Source of the DNA: Spizellomyces punctatus DAOM BR117
Taxonomy: Eukaryota
Reading direction: 5' to 3' (one strand)
DNA: 64,000 nucleotides
Assembly: GCA_000182565.2 (NCBI GenBank)
Contig: KQ257453.1
Position numbers and translations under genes: made by a program
Shown here: piece after piece, positions 12,931 through 25,764 of the stretch
Position numbering within the stretch: the stretch's first letter is position 1
Layout of the letters: each line of letters opens with the position of its first letter
The notes under the pieces: model-generated
Told to the model about the DNA's origin: nothing
Seen by the model: only the letters and a program-made list of their open reading frames with translations
Database searches by the model: none

Positions 12931-13991
12931 GCTTGGGTTTCGAATGCGTGCATGGTATTGTATTTATCTGCTGTTTCTTACCAGGGTTTTTTCTTCAAAG
13001 TTTTGGAATACATTGTTCACTAACCATGTAATATCGTGACGCCCTTTGGTATCTAATAAGACAACTCTTATATATCGGTTGCCCTCCAAGCAACGGATAT
13101 CAAAGAAGCATTTTGCTTGATTTTGGACAATAATTCTTTTTTTTGCTCGACATTCAAGTTCAGATGCTCGGGCAACTACTTTCGTTGTCATTACCCTAAA
13201 AAAGGTAGACGGTTAGGATACCCTGTGCCCTTAATGAGAGCCCTTGTGGGGCATCGGATGGGCCACTACTCTCATTCTCGCATTGTCCGGAACATCAGTA
13301 CAGTAAGCGAGCACAATGCCGCGGACGCCTCTTGAATTCTACCGTCCGAAAATGTGTAGTTCCTTGCGTTTGGTCTCCAACATTCTTGTCTGACCTGGAC
13401 GAAGCTAAAGTCTGAAATAGTAACGTCGAAACCGCCGATGGGAGTAGTTCAGAAGGATCAGTGTGCCGAGTTGTCTATACGCGAGTTCCGGTGCATAGCT
13501 TTTGTTGTACATATTTGCTATCATTTTTCAATTTCAAGTACGTTATGGAATGACGGGATTACTGATCTTGTTTTTTTAGCAGTAGCATTGGATTATCAAT
13601 AAAACCAATTTTGAAGCATCAACAGTTGTTGAATTGCGAGTTTACCGCAAGTGACTGCATGTTGCCACACTGTGGGGTTCTGTCATCAGCGAGATAATTG
13701 ATTTAAACCGGAGGGGGGTCGAAATACGGTAGTGTGATCATCAACAAGTTTTTTAAATTCAATATATCATATTCTTACAGTTAGGTGTATGAATGAGCAA
13801 ACTAAGTAGAAGATAACGACATATGCTACAGCCCAATACTCCATTCCGGATTTGGCTGAAATTGAAGCTAATTTGAATGCAATTGCTGAAGAAGAAACTG
13901 AGGAAGAATCAACTAGAGTGACATTCCCACACGTACGCCTACGAAATAGGTTTAGGTTCCAACGATAATAGCCAAGCTACGCGGGCACACT

Positions 13992-15436
13992 TCAGACTAG
14001 CTTGCTGAAAACGCTTCGGGCGATATTAGTCAAACCACTCAAACTTTTCCACCAGCGAGAAGCTGATGTATCCAGGAAATAGATGGTCGTAACGTTATAG
14101 CCACTTCGAGTCAACAGACAGCTACTGTAATCATGGAAAAAACCTACGAGCCAGACTCTAGGATCCTGATATGGGTTAGGGTCACGAGGAATGTTCCAAT
14201 CACCCAAATTATAGAAGTCAACAATTAACCAATCGTCATTCGGGATCTGCGTGTAAGCACCTTGACCGATAAACCGCGCTTGATGTTGCCGTAGTCTGTC
14301 TCCCTCCCTAGTCAACTCCACCATCCACTGCGTGCCATTCTCCAATCTTATATGAAAGTCTAGATATCCAGGGGAACCGTAGATCGCACCCACGTCGGGA
14401 GTTACAATGCCGTGAGAGCCAAGCCGCGCCGTCATTGCCCTATACGTCTCCATCTGCCACGATCTTTCTAATAACTTGCCTTGACGCCCAAGACCCGATG
14501 AAGCCCTAAGCGTAGCCGGTTCCAGCAATTGCAAAGATTCCTCCATGAACTGTGCGAGGGACGAAGGGGGTGGGGCGGATGAGAAGGATGACTCCTCCTT
14601 ACAGAGTGTCATGAAAATATTTGCCGCCTGCAGGGGGCAGGAAAACTTAATGGTAGCTCCTCCATCAGCAACACTTAATACTCCGCCATTAACTAATTCA
14701 GTTTCCACCTCTTTTAACATGGCGTCATCGTCATTTTGGAAAGCGTCCCTCTGTCCTCTGTTCAATAGATCAATGAGCATTGCCTCTCCTATCTGTACGG
14801 CCGTATCTGGATGTGGCAAACGCCTGATATTTGGAATTACACTACCGAAAGTTACAATTGCCCTTTCCGTCATTACCTAGGGAGCAAATCAATAAATTTT
14901 CGAAGATTGGCAATGTTGACAAAATGATCGTAGCTTATTGAGACGCCCTCACCCCTTTGAGCACTTCATGCGAGGTCACTAGCCTCAATGCATTCGCGTT
15001 GATTTCTGCTTGAGAGGAAGCTTTCAAAGCATTGCGAACCCAAAGTACAGCTCGGCCGCAAGGATCGGAATACCGTCTGTAAGCTGATGTACAGCGTTTG
15101 CCACAGCGGCTGGCATGTTGAAGGGAAGCATAGTATTGAGACTCGAGAAGAGTGCCTGCACTTCCGCCAAACTAAACTTGAGGATATCGCCATTGTAATT
15201 CATTGAGAATTGTATTGGCATCGACCGCATTGCAGGACAAGGAATAAGGGTTTTCCGACCGTATCCGGCAAGCAACAAAACCAAAACTGCTGTGCTACTC
15301 CGTTTAACCGCTTTAACCGTCGCCCACAATGCTTTCCACTCATCCTGGTAAGAAATCTGTACACTATCGAGTATAATAAGTTTACAAGTCTCTTTTCCAG
15401 GTCCGGAAGGGGGCGGGGTAAACAATTCATCAACGC
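13992..15436 (-). pseudogene. Crinkler-type P-loop NTPase + PD-(D/E)xK nuclease gene, frameshifted and 5'-truncated
   Basis: Walker-B-like LIILDSVQISY, LKFSLAEVQAL, VHQLTDGIP; one-base frameshift near 15061 restores I(L)CGRAVLWVRNAL. Intron 14877-14952. Last exon has LVNGGVL, FSCPL, LERSWQMETYRA, TPDVG, GYLDFHI, WMVELTREGDRLRQHQARF..GAY, WLIVDF. Confidence 0.75.
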
Positions 15437-16798
15437 CTAGAATTATAATTCATTAAATTTCCACGTATAATTCATAAGGCGGTGCGTGGTAAAGTATCAG
15501 GACGGGAGAGGTCTACGTCTGCTTCCTGCTTGGAATATACGAGCATTTGGAGAGGGTACACAACCGTGGGAAAGTTGATCTCTCGTTGGTTTCAACGCTT
15601 TTATAGGCGAGTGCACGTGATTCGACCCGCCACAGGGTTAGGTAACAAATATCCGTTGGGGATCTCGAGACATCTACAATTTCCTGGTAGTGGGATGTAG
15701 ATCTCATATTGTAGTGTAGAGCACATCAGCTATTGTCATCTGCTCAGTTGGTCCCAGTCTCGCAGACAGCGGCTGAGCGCAAAGAGGTGCCTGGTCGGGC
15801 ACAGTGTCACACGCACAGAGATAAGAAATGGGTACGGTTGCCCTCCCTCTTCTTGTTTCTTCGGGCGGTTTTGTACGTCAAATCCTTTGGTTGGTTAGTC
15901 GAACATAGATTACCGTCAAAAAATGAGCAAACCACTCCCCGCTTCTTGGCATGAGACGGTACATCACACCAAACCTGTACATTGCGCGTGTCACTTGCAT
16001 GGTCAATCTCCGTAACCTCGACAATCGCAACTTAACCATCTTTTTCAACGCTCAAAGTCGTCTCCGGAACTATCGATTGAACAATGCAACCCAGTGCATG
16101 AATACCCAACGCCACCCCTTTCTTTCCGCCCGCTAATGTCTCTAAACGCAGAAAAAATCCGTATGTAAGCGGTAAGCGATGCAATGTCCTGTCAGTCCAG
16201 CGAGAATCGTCCCATGTTTAGCCCTGCTTCTTGCCTCCAAATACTGCTGGGCTGCCGCTTTGTAAGCCTTGGCCCAAACGGCCAAAGTATTAGTCGATAT
16301 CATGGCAGTTTCGCCTTGTACCCCGGAACGGGTTTATAGTTTTATCACCGTGATGTCGATGGGACCAGACGAGCACCTCAAGGTGTGTCCGAATTCGACA
16401 TCCGCCGTGGGGTAACGAGAGAGTCCATACTTGAGCGAGTGCGACATGGTGGGGAGAGCTGGGTATATTCCAAGAGTAGATTGTAGGGGTGTTCAACTGC
16501 TAATCGAGGTGGAATCCCAGAGTTTTGACAGGTTGTTGGAGGCTGGAAAGCGCAAAGTGATTGTCGTGATCTTTCATTAATATTTTTCATCGTTGGTGTG
16601 AGCTTTCATGACAAGACGGGAGAACAGCATGGAATATGACTTTCATGGCGCAACGATACCGATTTCAGTCTGGAATGCCTATATCCAATTTGGAGTTGGA
16701 CTTGCAACAAAAACATAACAGAGATAACTCCTTTGGGTATCATATATTCAAAAGAATTTCCAACCCTCTCTGCAAATACAGCATACACATCTACAGTC

Positions 16799-17446
16799 TT
16801 ACTGCCTATCCGCTAAATGCGCCTTGATTGGGGGGCGATTTTCAAAGGCTTCTATAAATGCCTTCACTCGAGGATGCTCTTCTAGTGTCCCTGCCAAGTT
16901 ACCACCCGTCCTGATACCATTGTCAGCGAAAGCTTGGTACAGGGGAAAGTCTGTGTGCATGATCTCTTTGCCGAGCAAGTATGGACCGTCGGGGTGGCGA
17001 CCCAGGAAGGTTTCAAAAGCGTTGACAAACTTGGGGAGCGTCTCAGCATGGTACTTTTGCTTTGCAGCTTCATCTTGTCCAAATATTGCTCGAACGTAGG
17101 ATCGCCAGTCGCTGATGATATCCTGCATTTGATCCAAAAAGTACTCATCTTCGATACTTGATGGCAAGTACTTTTGGATCTTTTTGCTGAAATACTTGAC
17201 GGTGGGCATGGTTTGGTGATATACCTTGTCCCCAATTTTGACGATGGGCACGCTTCCGATCGGGTTGGCCCCAGACTCCATGAGTTGTTTCTTGAGTCCT
17301 GGCCATACATCCTTGGTGGCAGGTGCTTCCTCATAAGGTATGCCGGCGTCCGCAAAGAAGAGACGGAAAACCTCGCCGAGGCCAAGGTGTTTGTAAGGAA
17401 AGTAGGTGAGGACGGGTGTTCCACCGAGAGCGTCGTTAACAGTCAT
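16799..17446 (-). CDS. Glutathione S-transferase (sigma/pi-like), intronless
   Basis: LTYF...GLGEVFRLFFADAGIPYEE, NPIGSVPIV, YHQT, GPYLLGKEIMHTDF, HPRVKAF..FENRPPIKAHL. Start placed at MTVND (17446). Confidence 0.92.
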   Translation of the reverse strand: MTVNDALGGTPVLTYFPYKHLGLGEVFRLFFADAGIPYEEAPATKDVWPGLKKQLMESGANPIGSVPIVKIGDKVYHQTMPTVKYFSKKIQKYLPSSIEDEYFLDQMQDIISDWRSYVRAIFGQDEAAKQKYHAETLPKFVNAFETFLGRHPDGPYLLGKEIMHTDFPLYQAFADNGIRTGGNLAGTLEEHPRVKAFIEAFENRPPIKAHLADRQ

Positions 17447-18737
17447 GTTGTTTTGTGGAGAAATGTGGGGGAGTTTGTGGGGTAAATGAAGAGCAGACGA
17501 GATCGTCCCCGTTTTTAAATAAAGATCTGTGCAAGAAGGTGCTGGAAATTCCTGACGAAAATCAAACGTAAAACCAGCTAAATACATCGTTTTGAATTTG
17601 TAATGACATTTTATGATGACAAATACTTGAAACCTTCTTCAATTTTTTTATTTTCCAATGAGCCCATCCCATTCAGCAAATGGCACACTGAGCATCAAAA
17701 AACGTTTGCTGACGCATGCATATTAACAAACTCTACATCTATCGTTCACACCCAGGAATCCACACAGGAATGTCACGGCTGTTGGTTTTTGGCATCTCGC
17801 CTCGAGTGCAGCGAATTGACTTTTTTGGGACACACATCATAGCTTTTCGTTAAAAGTTGATGGACTGTTACTGTATACATTGTGCGGGAACTAGCCTTTT
17901 TTTTTTTTCTGACGGATTTAGCTAGAATGGTCGCTCCTTTAGCAGTCGTTGCCATGCAAGGCTGCAAATCCTGCAAGTCTTCCAGTTTCAAGCACACTGA
18001 ACAAGGAAGGTTGTGCCATTAGCGTGGGTTGACCTCCGACCGACAGCACGTAATACGCACAAGGACGGCAGGGATCCTTCAAATTTCGAAAATCTGCCCG
18101 TTGAAAAAAGCAGGAAATCGTAAATGTCACGCGATGGCAGAATTGCATTACTTTAACGAGTTGATCTGTCGAGGAGGTGAAATGGCCCACCATTATCGAT
18201 CGAGCACTATCCCTCGTATCATGTTGAACACAGTGACATTCTTCACCCGTTCTGCTGTACTGTACAATGGACGTTATTGGGAATAACCTTTTAGCCAAGT
18301 CAGATTTTGAAACGATTCTTTGGCACACTTATGAACAAGTAGGCGACCAAAAAGTCAACACCCGGCCATCACCCCGCCCCTCGTTCGCTCCGCACGCGTT
18401 TGTGGAGGTTTGGAGTATTGTCATGCTGCTTACCACGATCATCAATAGTCTAATAAGCTAGCATTCGCAATTAAGCTATGCTTGCTTGCAGCGCACAAGT
18501 GCAAAGCTGTACTTTAGATGCTAGCAAACCTGAGTAATGTGTAACGGAGGTGAATTACACAAACGTAAATCTGTCTCGTTTGTGAAGGGGTGTTATGGAG
18601 CATCTGGAAAACCACGAAGCAGCTTTCTGATCTCACTTTCTTTGTTGTTGGTTTTGGAGAGCGATGGAAAAGTACATAAAGAGATCCTCCACCATCAGTG
18701 ATACACTATCGCCGCCTCATCTTGGATTCAGACAAAC

Positions 18738-20004
18738 ATGCTTTTCAGAACCTTTTTACAAGATATTGTGCTCGCCAGCGCGCTGCTCTTGACTGCACAT
18801 ACAGCCCAAGCCAGTCCTGTTGCGCAAGCAGCTCAATGCGGCCCAGGATTGACGCCTTGCGGTCCTGATTGTTTCCGTGAATCTGAGGGCCTCTATCATT
18901 GTGAAAATGGCCAGCTGAAACAAGGCCCTGCGCCTTCCAACCCTCCACCCTCCAATCAACCTTCTGCACCCGTCGGCGGGGCCCCTCCTGCTAATCCCAA
19001 TGGTCGCACGATCCAGGTTGTCAACAAGTGTACTCAAGATATCTGGATAGGCATGCAGGGAAATCCCCTTCCCCGCGACGGTGGATTCTTCCTCCCGAGA
19101 GGTGGAGTAGAGGTTGGTAGTCTGTTGCATGGTACTTTTTCTGCCTACAAGCTCAACTTTTAACTTGGCACAGAACGTCCAAGTTCCCAGTAAATGGGAA
19201 GCAGGTCGCATCTGGGCCCGGACAGGATGCACAACTCAATCCAACGGTCGCTTGGTCTGCGCCACAGGTGACTGTGGGTCCGACTTTAACGGCTTTGGCA
19301 TTGCCTGCAAAGGCATCGGCGGTCAAGCACCCGCTACACTCGCCGAATTCACTCTTCTGGATGGGGGACGAACCGATTTCTATGATTTGAGTAACGTTGA
19401 CGGGCACAACATTGGAATCCAGATCGACGCATTTGGCACCCGGGTGAACAATCCAGATTTGGGCAAATTCAACTGTGGGAACCCGACCTGCAGGATGGAC
19501 ACCTCCAAGTAGGGCTCATTCAGTTGAATCCACCTTTTGGATTTCTCGTTAACCATTTTTAAATCCGTTGCATTCGCTAGATGTCCTCCTGAGCTCCAAA
19601 TGACCGACTCGACTGGACACACTTCCTGCGCTGCCGTCTACGCTGCGGCACATAATGCCGCCCAACGTGCAAAGTTTCCAGCCCTCCAAAATATTTTCAA
19701 CAACGCCGACACGCTTTCTCTGGTATCCTGCTCCTGCGACTGTGGGCCAAACTGCGGGTGCCAAGATCCCAGATCGAAACATTGCTGCTCGCCCTACAAT
19801 AATGATCCAAACGAGAGAGGAGGAAAATGTCGCGTTGAAGAGTGGCCCCTTAGCACTTCACCTGGTGCAGGATCTGCATTCCCTGCGAGATACGATCAAG
19901 TTTTCAAGAACCAATGTCCTGATGCCTATTCTTGGCAGTTTGATGACCACAAAAGTACATACCAGTGCTTCACAGCTAATTACCGTGTGACCTTCTGTCC
20001 CTAG
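18738..20004 (+). CDS. Secreted thaumatin-like protein (PR-5/GH152) with N-terminal Cys module and Pro-rich linker
   Basis: Signal peptide, then VVNKCTQDIW, GRIWARTGC, CATGDCG, PATLAEFTL, DFYDLSNVDG, FKNQCPDAYSWQFDD, YRVTFCP. Introns about 19113-19173 and 19509-19580. Confidence 0.93.
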
Positions 20005-20803
20005 ACAAGAAATTATCGATGGTGAGATATCGGCCAAGTTTGAAGTATATTCAGTATGATCATTTGGACATTAGGCCATGTAGTTGATGTGTAGTGATAT
20101 TGTAGTGGTGTAATACATGATTCTCTTTGTGCTTGTATGTTGACTTGCTGCAGGTATCTTCATACTAAAAAGGATCCAATCTTATTTACTCTAATGCTGG
20201 CAGAAAAAGATTGCGACCCACATCTACCCACCAAGACTCCTAATACCTTTATGTTCTACTGTGGAAGAATTTCCCCACAAAGCCATTCTAAACATCTCCC
20301 TTGCTGAACTTTGGATTCATACATAACTTCCTCCTGATTGAAGGGACTCTACGTAGTCAGGATCGTCAGAATTATCAAGGCCGATGCTCACAATCAGTCA
20401 CTAACACACGATCCCCAAAAGGCTCATAATCGTAATTCACGCGGGCCTACAATCCATACTTATACTCCAATCACAACGCTCGTAAAAAAGTAGAGCAACG
20501 TTATCTCCATAATATTAGAATCTATGCAAACGTTAACAGGAACTCAACCTCCAATACCGTCCAGCTGACAAGATGCTTCCGTAAATCAAAGCTGTGCCAC
20601 CGATCAGTGGCAGTGCTGAACGTCCCAAAAGACGAACGCACAGCCTTTTGGTGACTCCACAAGGTAGGACGCTCCGCAAAGGGCTTTGGGCTTTGGAGGG
20701 GGGCGAAGTCAAAAGCAAATGGATACCCATCAACTGTAGAAGCTGATCACATTACGCGCGAATATATCCTACTCCTTTTTCAAATCTACAAGTATCAAAC
20801 GCC

Positions 20804-21901
20804 ATGCGCGGTGTGCGCAAGTGTTGCTTTTGCCTTCCATTGAGGGCAGGCACGTTCGTGCTTGCCCTGTTTATCTCGGTACAGTTCGAGCAAATTATGC
20901 GAGGTCTACGGTTGCCATAGTCGAATTCACACGTCAAACTCTGAAATCCCTTTAGACATTCAGTGCTGGAAACGTCATTTGGCGAATTTCGCATAGATCC
21001 GAATGTAGGCGGACTAGGACGTGCTTGTTGTAAATTACTTTGCTGGCATTAACCTTCCGCATGTGCATATTTTGAAGGGGACACTTCGGTTTTTGGACCT
21101 TGGCCGTGGATACAGTGGGTGGCAGTAGGATTGGATTCTCTAGTGACCCTCGCTGCTCTGATGGGCGCAGTTGGAGTGGCACTGGTAAGTGCTCGTTAAT
21201 AGCCCTTGATTGTCAATATATTCCCTTGACGTTATTATCATGAACAGAACTCATACAAACTCGTGACTATTTGGGCCACTGTGCACAGCTTCATATTGGG
21301 GACAGCGCTCATTCGTGCTGTTGCACTACCCATCTTCATGGTTGTCCGTCGAAACCAATTGGTTGAAATGTGCCAAACTCGCAATCCTACCGACAGAGGC
21401 TCGTGCCAAACCGCCGTCAACTATGCGACTATGTTTGTGGCTGTTACAGGTCTATTTAGCTTCCTGCTTTTGGTGTACTTTTACCGCTGCATCCAGTCGT
21501 ACCGCTGGCGCCTGCAATCCGCCGATTATAATGTCCTCAAAGATCCCGAAAGTGGTACCGATCCTGCTAACGGGCAACGTGCTGTCGACAACCCTTTTAA
21601 ACATGCCAGTGCTCCTACCCCCGAGGGCAATGTCGATAAGGAAAAGTCGAATCCCTATCCTTATTCGAACGGGGAAAATATGACCCACAACACGGCCTTC
21701 CAGACACATTCAAACTTGACTGCCAAACCGAATTGGGAGTCCATGCCGCGGCCATCCTTCGTCTCGGACCACGGTCGCCCTTCCATGGGCGAAGATCCTT
21801 TTGAAGATGTGGCTCTTCCTAGAGAGTCGGCGGACTTTCAAAGGCATGAGTACATGCAACCAGTAGGAGCGGTATCGCTTAATGACAGATCTTGGCGGTA
21901 G
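20804..21901 (+). CDS. Four-TM fungal membrane protein (CCFCLPLRAG N-terminus), function unknown
   Basis: Exons read MRGVRKCCFCLPLRAGTFVLALFIS | TFSAGNVIWR.. | PWPWIQWVAVGLDSLVTLAALMGAVGVAL | ..IWATVHSFIL.. with a C-x9-C loop, a fourth TM and a low-complexity tail. Confidence 0.75.
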
Positions 21902-22151
21902 GTTATTGGGGATATAGTGCTGGTGATCTATACCACCGGATGGATGTGTAGCTTTATGTTCGCTCTGGGACGGCCACGAAAGGGCCATGTGTACATAGTT
22001 GTATTTGAGCTCGGAGACCAGTAAAACAATATTCATTCTTGTCGTTGGTTTATTCTGGCATGTGTTGTTATATGTGGTGTGAGTAAGCGGAATCGTGGTA
22101 TCATTAGAAGTCTAAAACAAATATCAAATATTTCCGCTACGATGGTACTCG

Positions 22152-24308
22152 CTATGCTGATGACGAATCAGGGTCTTGCTCTGCTGGTTCACGTATTCTT
22201 CTCCCACGACTACCTATCAACGAACTCGCTTCCCGTTCTGAATCCTCCCTTGCCTCCTCGCGTTCGTCCTCCTCACTTGGCGCTATGGCACTGTCCCCTG
22301 AATCCTCCTTGTCTGATTGATTCCGACTTTGGGACGGCATCGCACGTCCATGGCCGCGGACAACCGTCTTTTTACCTCTCTTCTTGCCCGACCCCTCACC
22401 ACTGAGATACGCTCTTGCTCTTCGATCAATTTCCGCCTGTACAATTGGCGGATTACTAAATCTTGGATCCTCGTGTAAAACGGGATAGTTATAATCCCCA
22501 AACGGTAACTTGCGACTACTCTCATACTGAGCTTCCAAGTCAGGATCGCTTTCGGGCGGTGTAAATTCCAAACTTGTCGTTTCCCTTTCCTCATTAGAAT
22601 CATATTCTCCTTCACCAGATTCCCATGCATTTGCGTCATCGTGTGGTATAGTCCCATACCCGTCGCGCCTTCGCGAATTCTTTGCCCATCGGCTAAACCC
22701 ACTTGCATTTGCAGGACTATCTGGGCCAAACTCTACATCGTTGTCCCTGATAAGGATCTGATGGCTTCCTCTTCGCACATGTCGAAATCTTGTCCCTCTG
22801 AACGTATGATAAGTGTCTTGAATGATATCTTTCACACCAAACGCATCCCGAACCGCGTACAGAAAAGCCACTCGAGATGATAGTCTATGATGTCAGGGAA
22901 AGTGAGGATTCAAGCTTTCCAAGGTAGACCTCTCTTTGGACACGTACCGGCGATCATCATAATCGGTCCATGGGAATGCGTACCAATGCAACATTGCAAG
23001 GAACGGCATTTCAACACAAATCAAGAAATCCTGCAACGCCAGTGCAAGATTGCTTCCAGAATATCCGCCTTCTACAAATGCATCAAAGATAGGATCAGTA
23101 TGCTTCCTCGGAAACAGTATGCGATTTAAACGTACTATCGCGTATGAGGCCAGCCCAGACCAGAAAGGCGATACCCAACCCTTGATAAAAGGTAAGAAAA
23201 ACGATGGATTTTACACAAATAAACTTTGGCATAGGCCTGTCAGTCAGCATTTCAGAGTCAGCCTCTACATACGATGATCAATAACGGAATGGAAAACCTC
23301 ACCGGTATGGCTGTAAGTCTTTCGAGCACTGCACGTAGAATAACACCAAACAGTACAGGGACCAGCAGACCGACAAGTTGTAAAACAATGATAACCACAT
23401 GTAACAGCTCGTCCAGCCAATGTAGCCTTCGTGATATTGGCCAGCGAGTTTTAGGATCATAGTCAGGACACTCAAGATTGGTTTCAAAATGACAAACTGC
23501 AGGACTCCGCGCCGGACGAAGAGAAATGTTTCTGGGTCGCTCATCTGAAACCAATTGGTTGGTCAAGCAAGATACTACTAGGTGCTAGCTATGCTGTTCA
23601 CGTACATCCATAGGTGAAAAGCAGTAATTAAACGGCCAAAGATGGTGTGTTCGCATGCGTTGTTCCAGCATCGCAAGGAGAGCACGCTCACCACCGAGAT
23701 AGTTGATGCATAGAATGAAGAACGAGTATATGACGAATGCCTATTTGTAGTGAATAACTTTGAAATTCAGCAAGCGACATCCTGATCGCCAATCATGCAG
23801 ATGCCACATCAATCACCTCATATATATCTCGTATTGTATCAATGTAATCTGCAGCGGATCGGGATGACAGGCTCGTGAAGGACGCTACTGCATAGACCGG
23901 AACCCTGATATCCAATTAACAATGACATTAGATCAGGATAGAGCCAGATTCTGCATACACTATGTGACGCTGGAACGCAAGCCGCAAGGAATTCAAGCGC
24001 TCCCACGAGCTTTGCGTATCGTTTTGCCCAAGCGCCCAAATGACAACTGCCCACCAAAACGAAAATGCTCACATCCACAATATACGTATCGCAAGTCTCT
24101 ACAAGATTGCCGAGGAACAAGTTTCAGAACAGTTTGTTTGTAAAGCCCATACAACGGGTGACATGCTTACCTGGACCTCCGGTCGTCGATAATTCTTAAA
24201 ATGTAGAAACATTGTGTAAAATGATATTGCGGAGCCCACAAATGCGGCGAGCCCTGCTATAAAGTATGGAAAGGGGCCCATTATGCGGCCTCCTTCATCC
24301 GCCGTCAT
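22152..24308 (-). CDS. TMEM184 / organic solute transporter alpha family (Hfl1-like)
   Basis: HFKNYRRPEVQ|RLAIRILWM|VPVYAV...DTIRDIYE|AFVIYSFF.L..YLGGER, RRGVLQFVILKPI, SLYCLVLFY, PKFICVKSIVFLTFYQG, acidic C-terminal tail. Confidence 0.92.
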
Positions 24309-24541
24309 GGCGGGCTGTAAAGCGAGAACAAGGAATTGTAAATGATTGGTATCAAACTCCACAACCCTTACTACAGGCCTGATTACGGGGGAACATGCGA
24401 TCGTGAGACACGTGATTCAATTTGATGACAAGAACTTCCAGATGATACGACTGCCAGGATGCCGTATCCATAGATGGTATTTAAGAAAGGATACCAAATA
24501 AATGCATGGGATTGTACAAAAAAATCAAAACAACTACAGAA

Positions 24542-25764
24542 TCAAAGCCATCCTTGAAAAGGACCCAACACGGCATCTGGAAAGGGAACCCATATCAGAG
24601 GAATGAGTGGAAACTTTAACATCAGAGTCTCTCGAAACCAAACCTTTTATGCTTTCCACAAACTGCGCGGGTACCCAATATAGGAAATAGTTTGACTTAT
24701 CTGTAGGTCCCAACTGCAAGGCAACAATATGGTATTCTTCATGTCCCTTGATGGACTCTGATGTCACATTTTTGATGCTCCCCAGATTAACTTTCTGTGT
24801 ACGCTCTGTAAAGGAAGTTCAAAAAAAACATCTGCTAAATTAACCATGGGTTTTCTAATCCTACCATTCGTTCCAATCCACAATTGATCAATTTCAGGTT
24901 TGAAAGTCAGCCGTGTTTTGGCCCCTCTCGAGTTTATCAGCGCTCTCAACCCGCCTGGAGGTAGCGGTAGTCGCCTTCCACGTATTCCCGGCTCTGCATC
25001 GTCTGGTTTGCCTTTGTCAAGGATCTTTTTATGCTCTGTAAGTTCGCTTAGTGCAATTCGCGGTTTTGAGACTAGTCAAATTGATTGACGTCGTAAGCTC
25101 TTTTTACACAACGTTAACATTTCTGACACCGAACAATTACCTGTTGTATCCACTACAGGCGTTGCCGCCGCTGCAGTCGCGATTTTCACAATGTCTTCAA
25201 CTGCATTAAGATCTATGAGCCAACTTTTTGATGGAAACTAGTAAATCAGAAAACCTTATACCTTTGCTTGCCATTAGCATAATCTTTACCCCATCTTTCA
25301 CCCCCGCCTCAGACAAAGTCTGATCGTCCTTTAACACTCCTGCGATAGTCATATGATGCTGGTTAGTATCAGTCTCATATATACCTTCCTCCCGCATGGT
25401 ACCTTTGAACAACAGCTTCTGCATGTTTGTGTGAACCCCTGTAACGGTCGCTATCGTCTGTTTAAGATCTGCGACGCTTCGATTGAGAGAAAACGTCACG
25501 TCGTGTGTTATCTTTCCATAAGCGACTCTAAAGGAGGCGTGTGGTTCCTCTCCCTCTTCTGCAGAATGGACAGAATGAGCAGAAAAATGTCAACGGGACA
25601 GAATGAACCGACATTCGCGAAAGAAATCATAAGGTCTGAGAGAATGAGGGGAAGCGAGACAAACCACGTTCGTTCAACTTTCTCTTCGTACCAGAGACTG
25701 CAGGCTCGTCTCCCTGTGACAAGTGATATGGTGTGCCCTTGTTGGGGTCCTGTGCTGCCATCAT
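24542..25764 (-). CDS. UBFD1: Ubiquitin family domain-containing protein 1
   Basis: Ubiquitin-like domain (VADLKQTIATVTGVHTNMQKLLFK|GVLKDDQTL...KIMLM), then HKKILDKGKPDD, KTRLTFK, IKGHEEYHIVALQLGPTDKSNYFLYWVPAQFVESIK|DAVLG. Checked splice phases are consistent. Confidence 0.88.

Noticed and set aside
12960-13950. Short ORF-like pieces (e.g. DLAEIEANLNAIAEEETEEE) between the two pseudogenes
   Set aside because: Too fragmented to assign; no family motif recognised.
15395-15420. PPPSGPGKET as the Walker A of the Crinkler NTPase
   Set aside because: It sits only a few residues before Walker B, too close for a P-loop fold, and lacks GK[ST].
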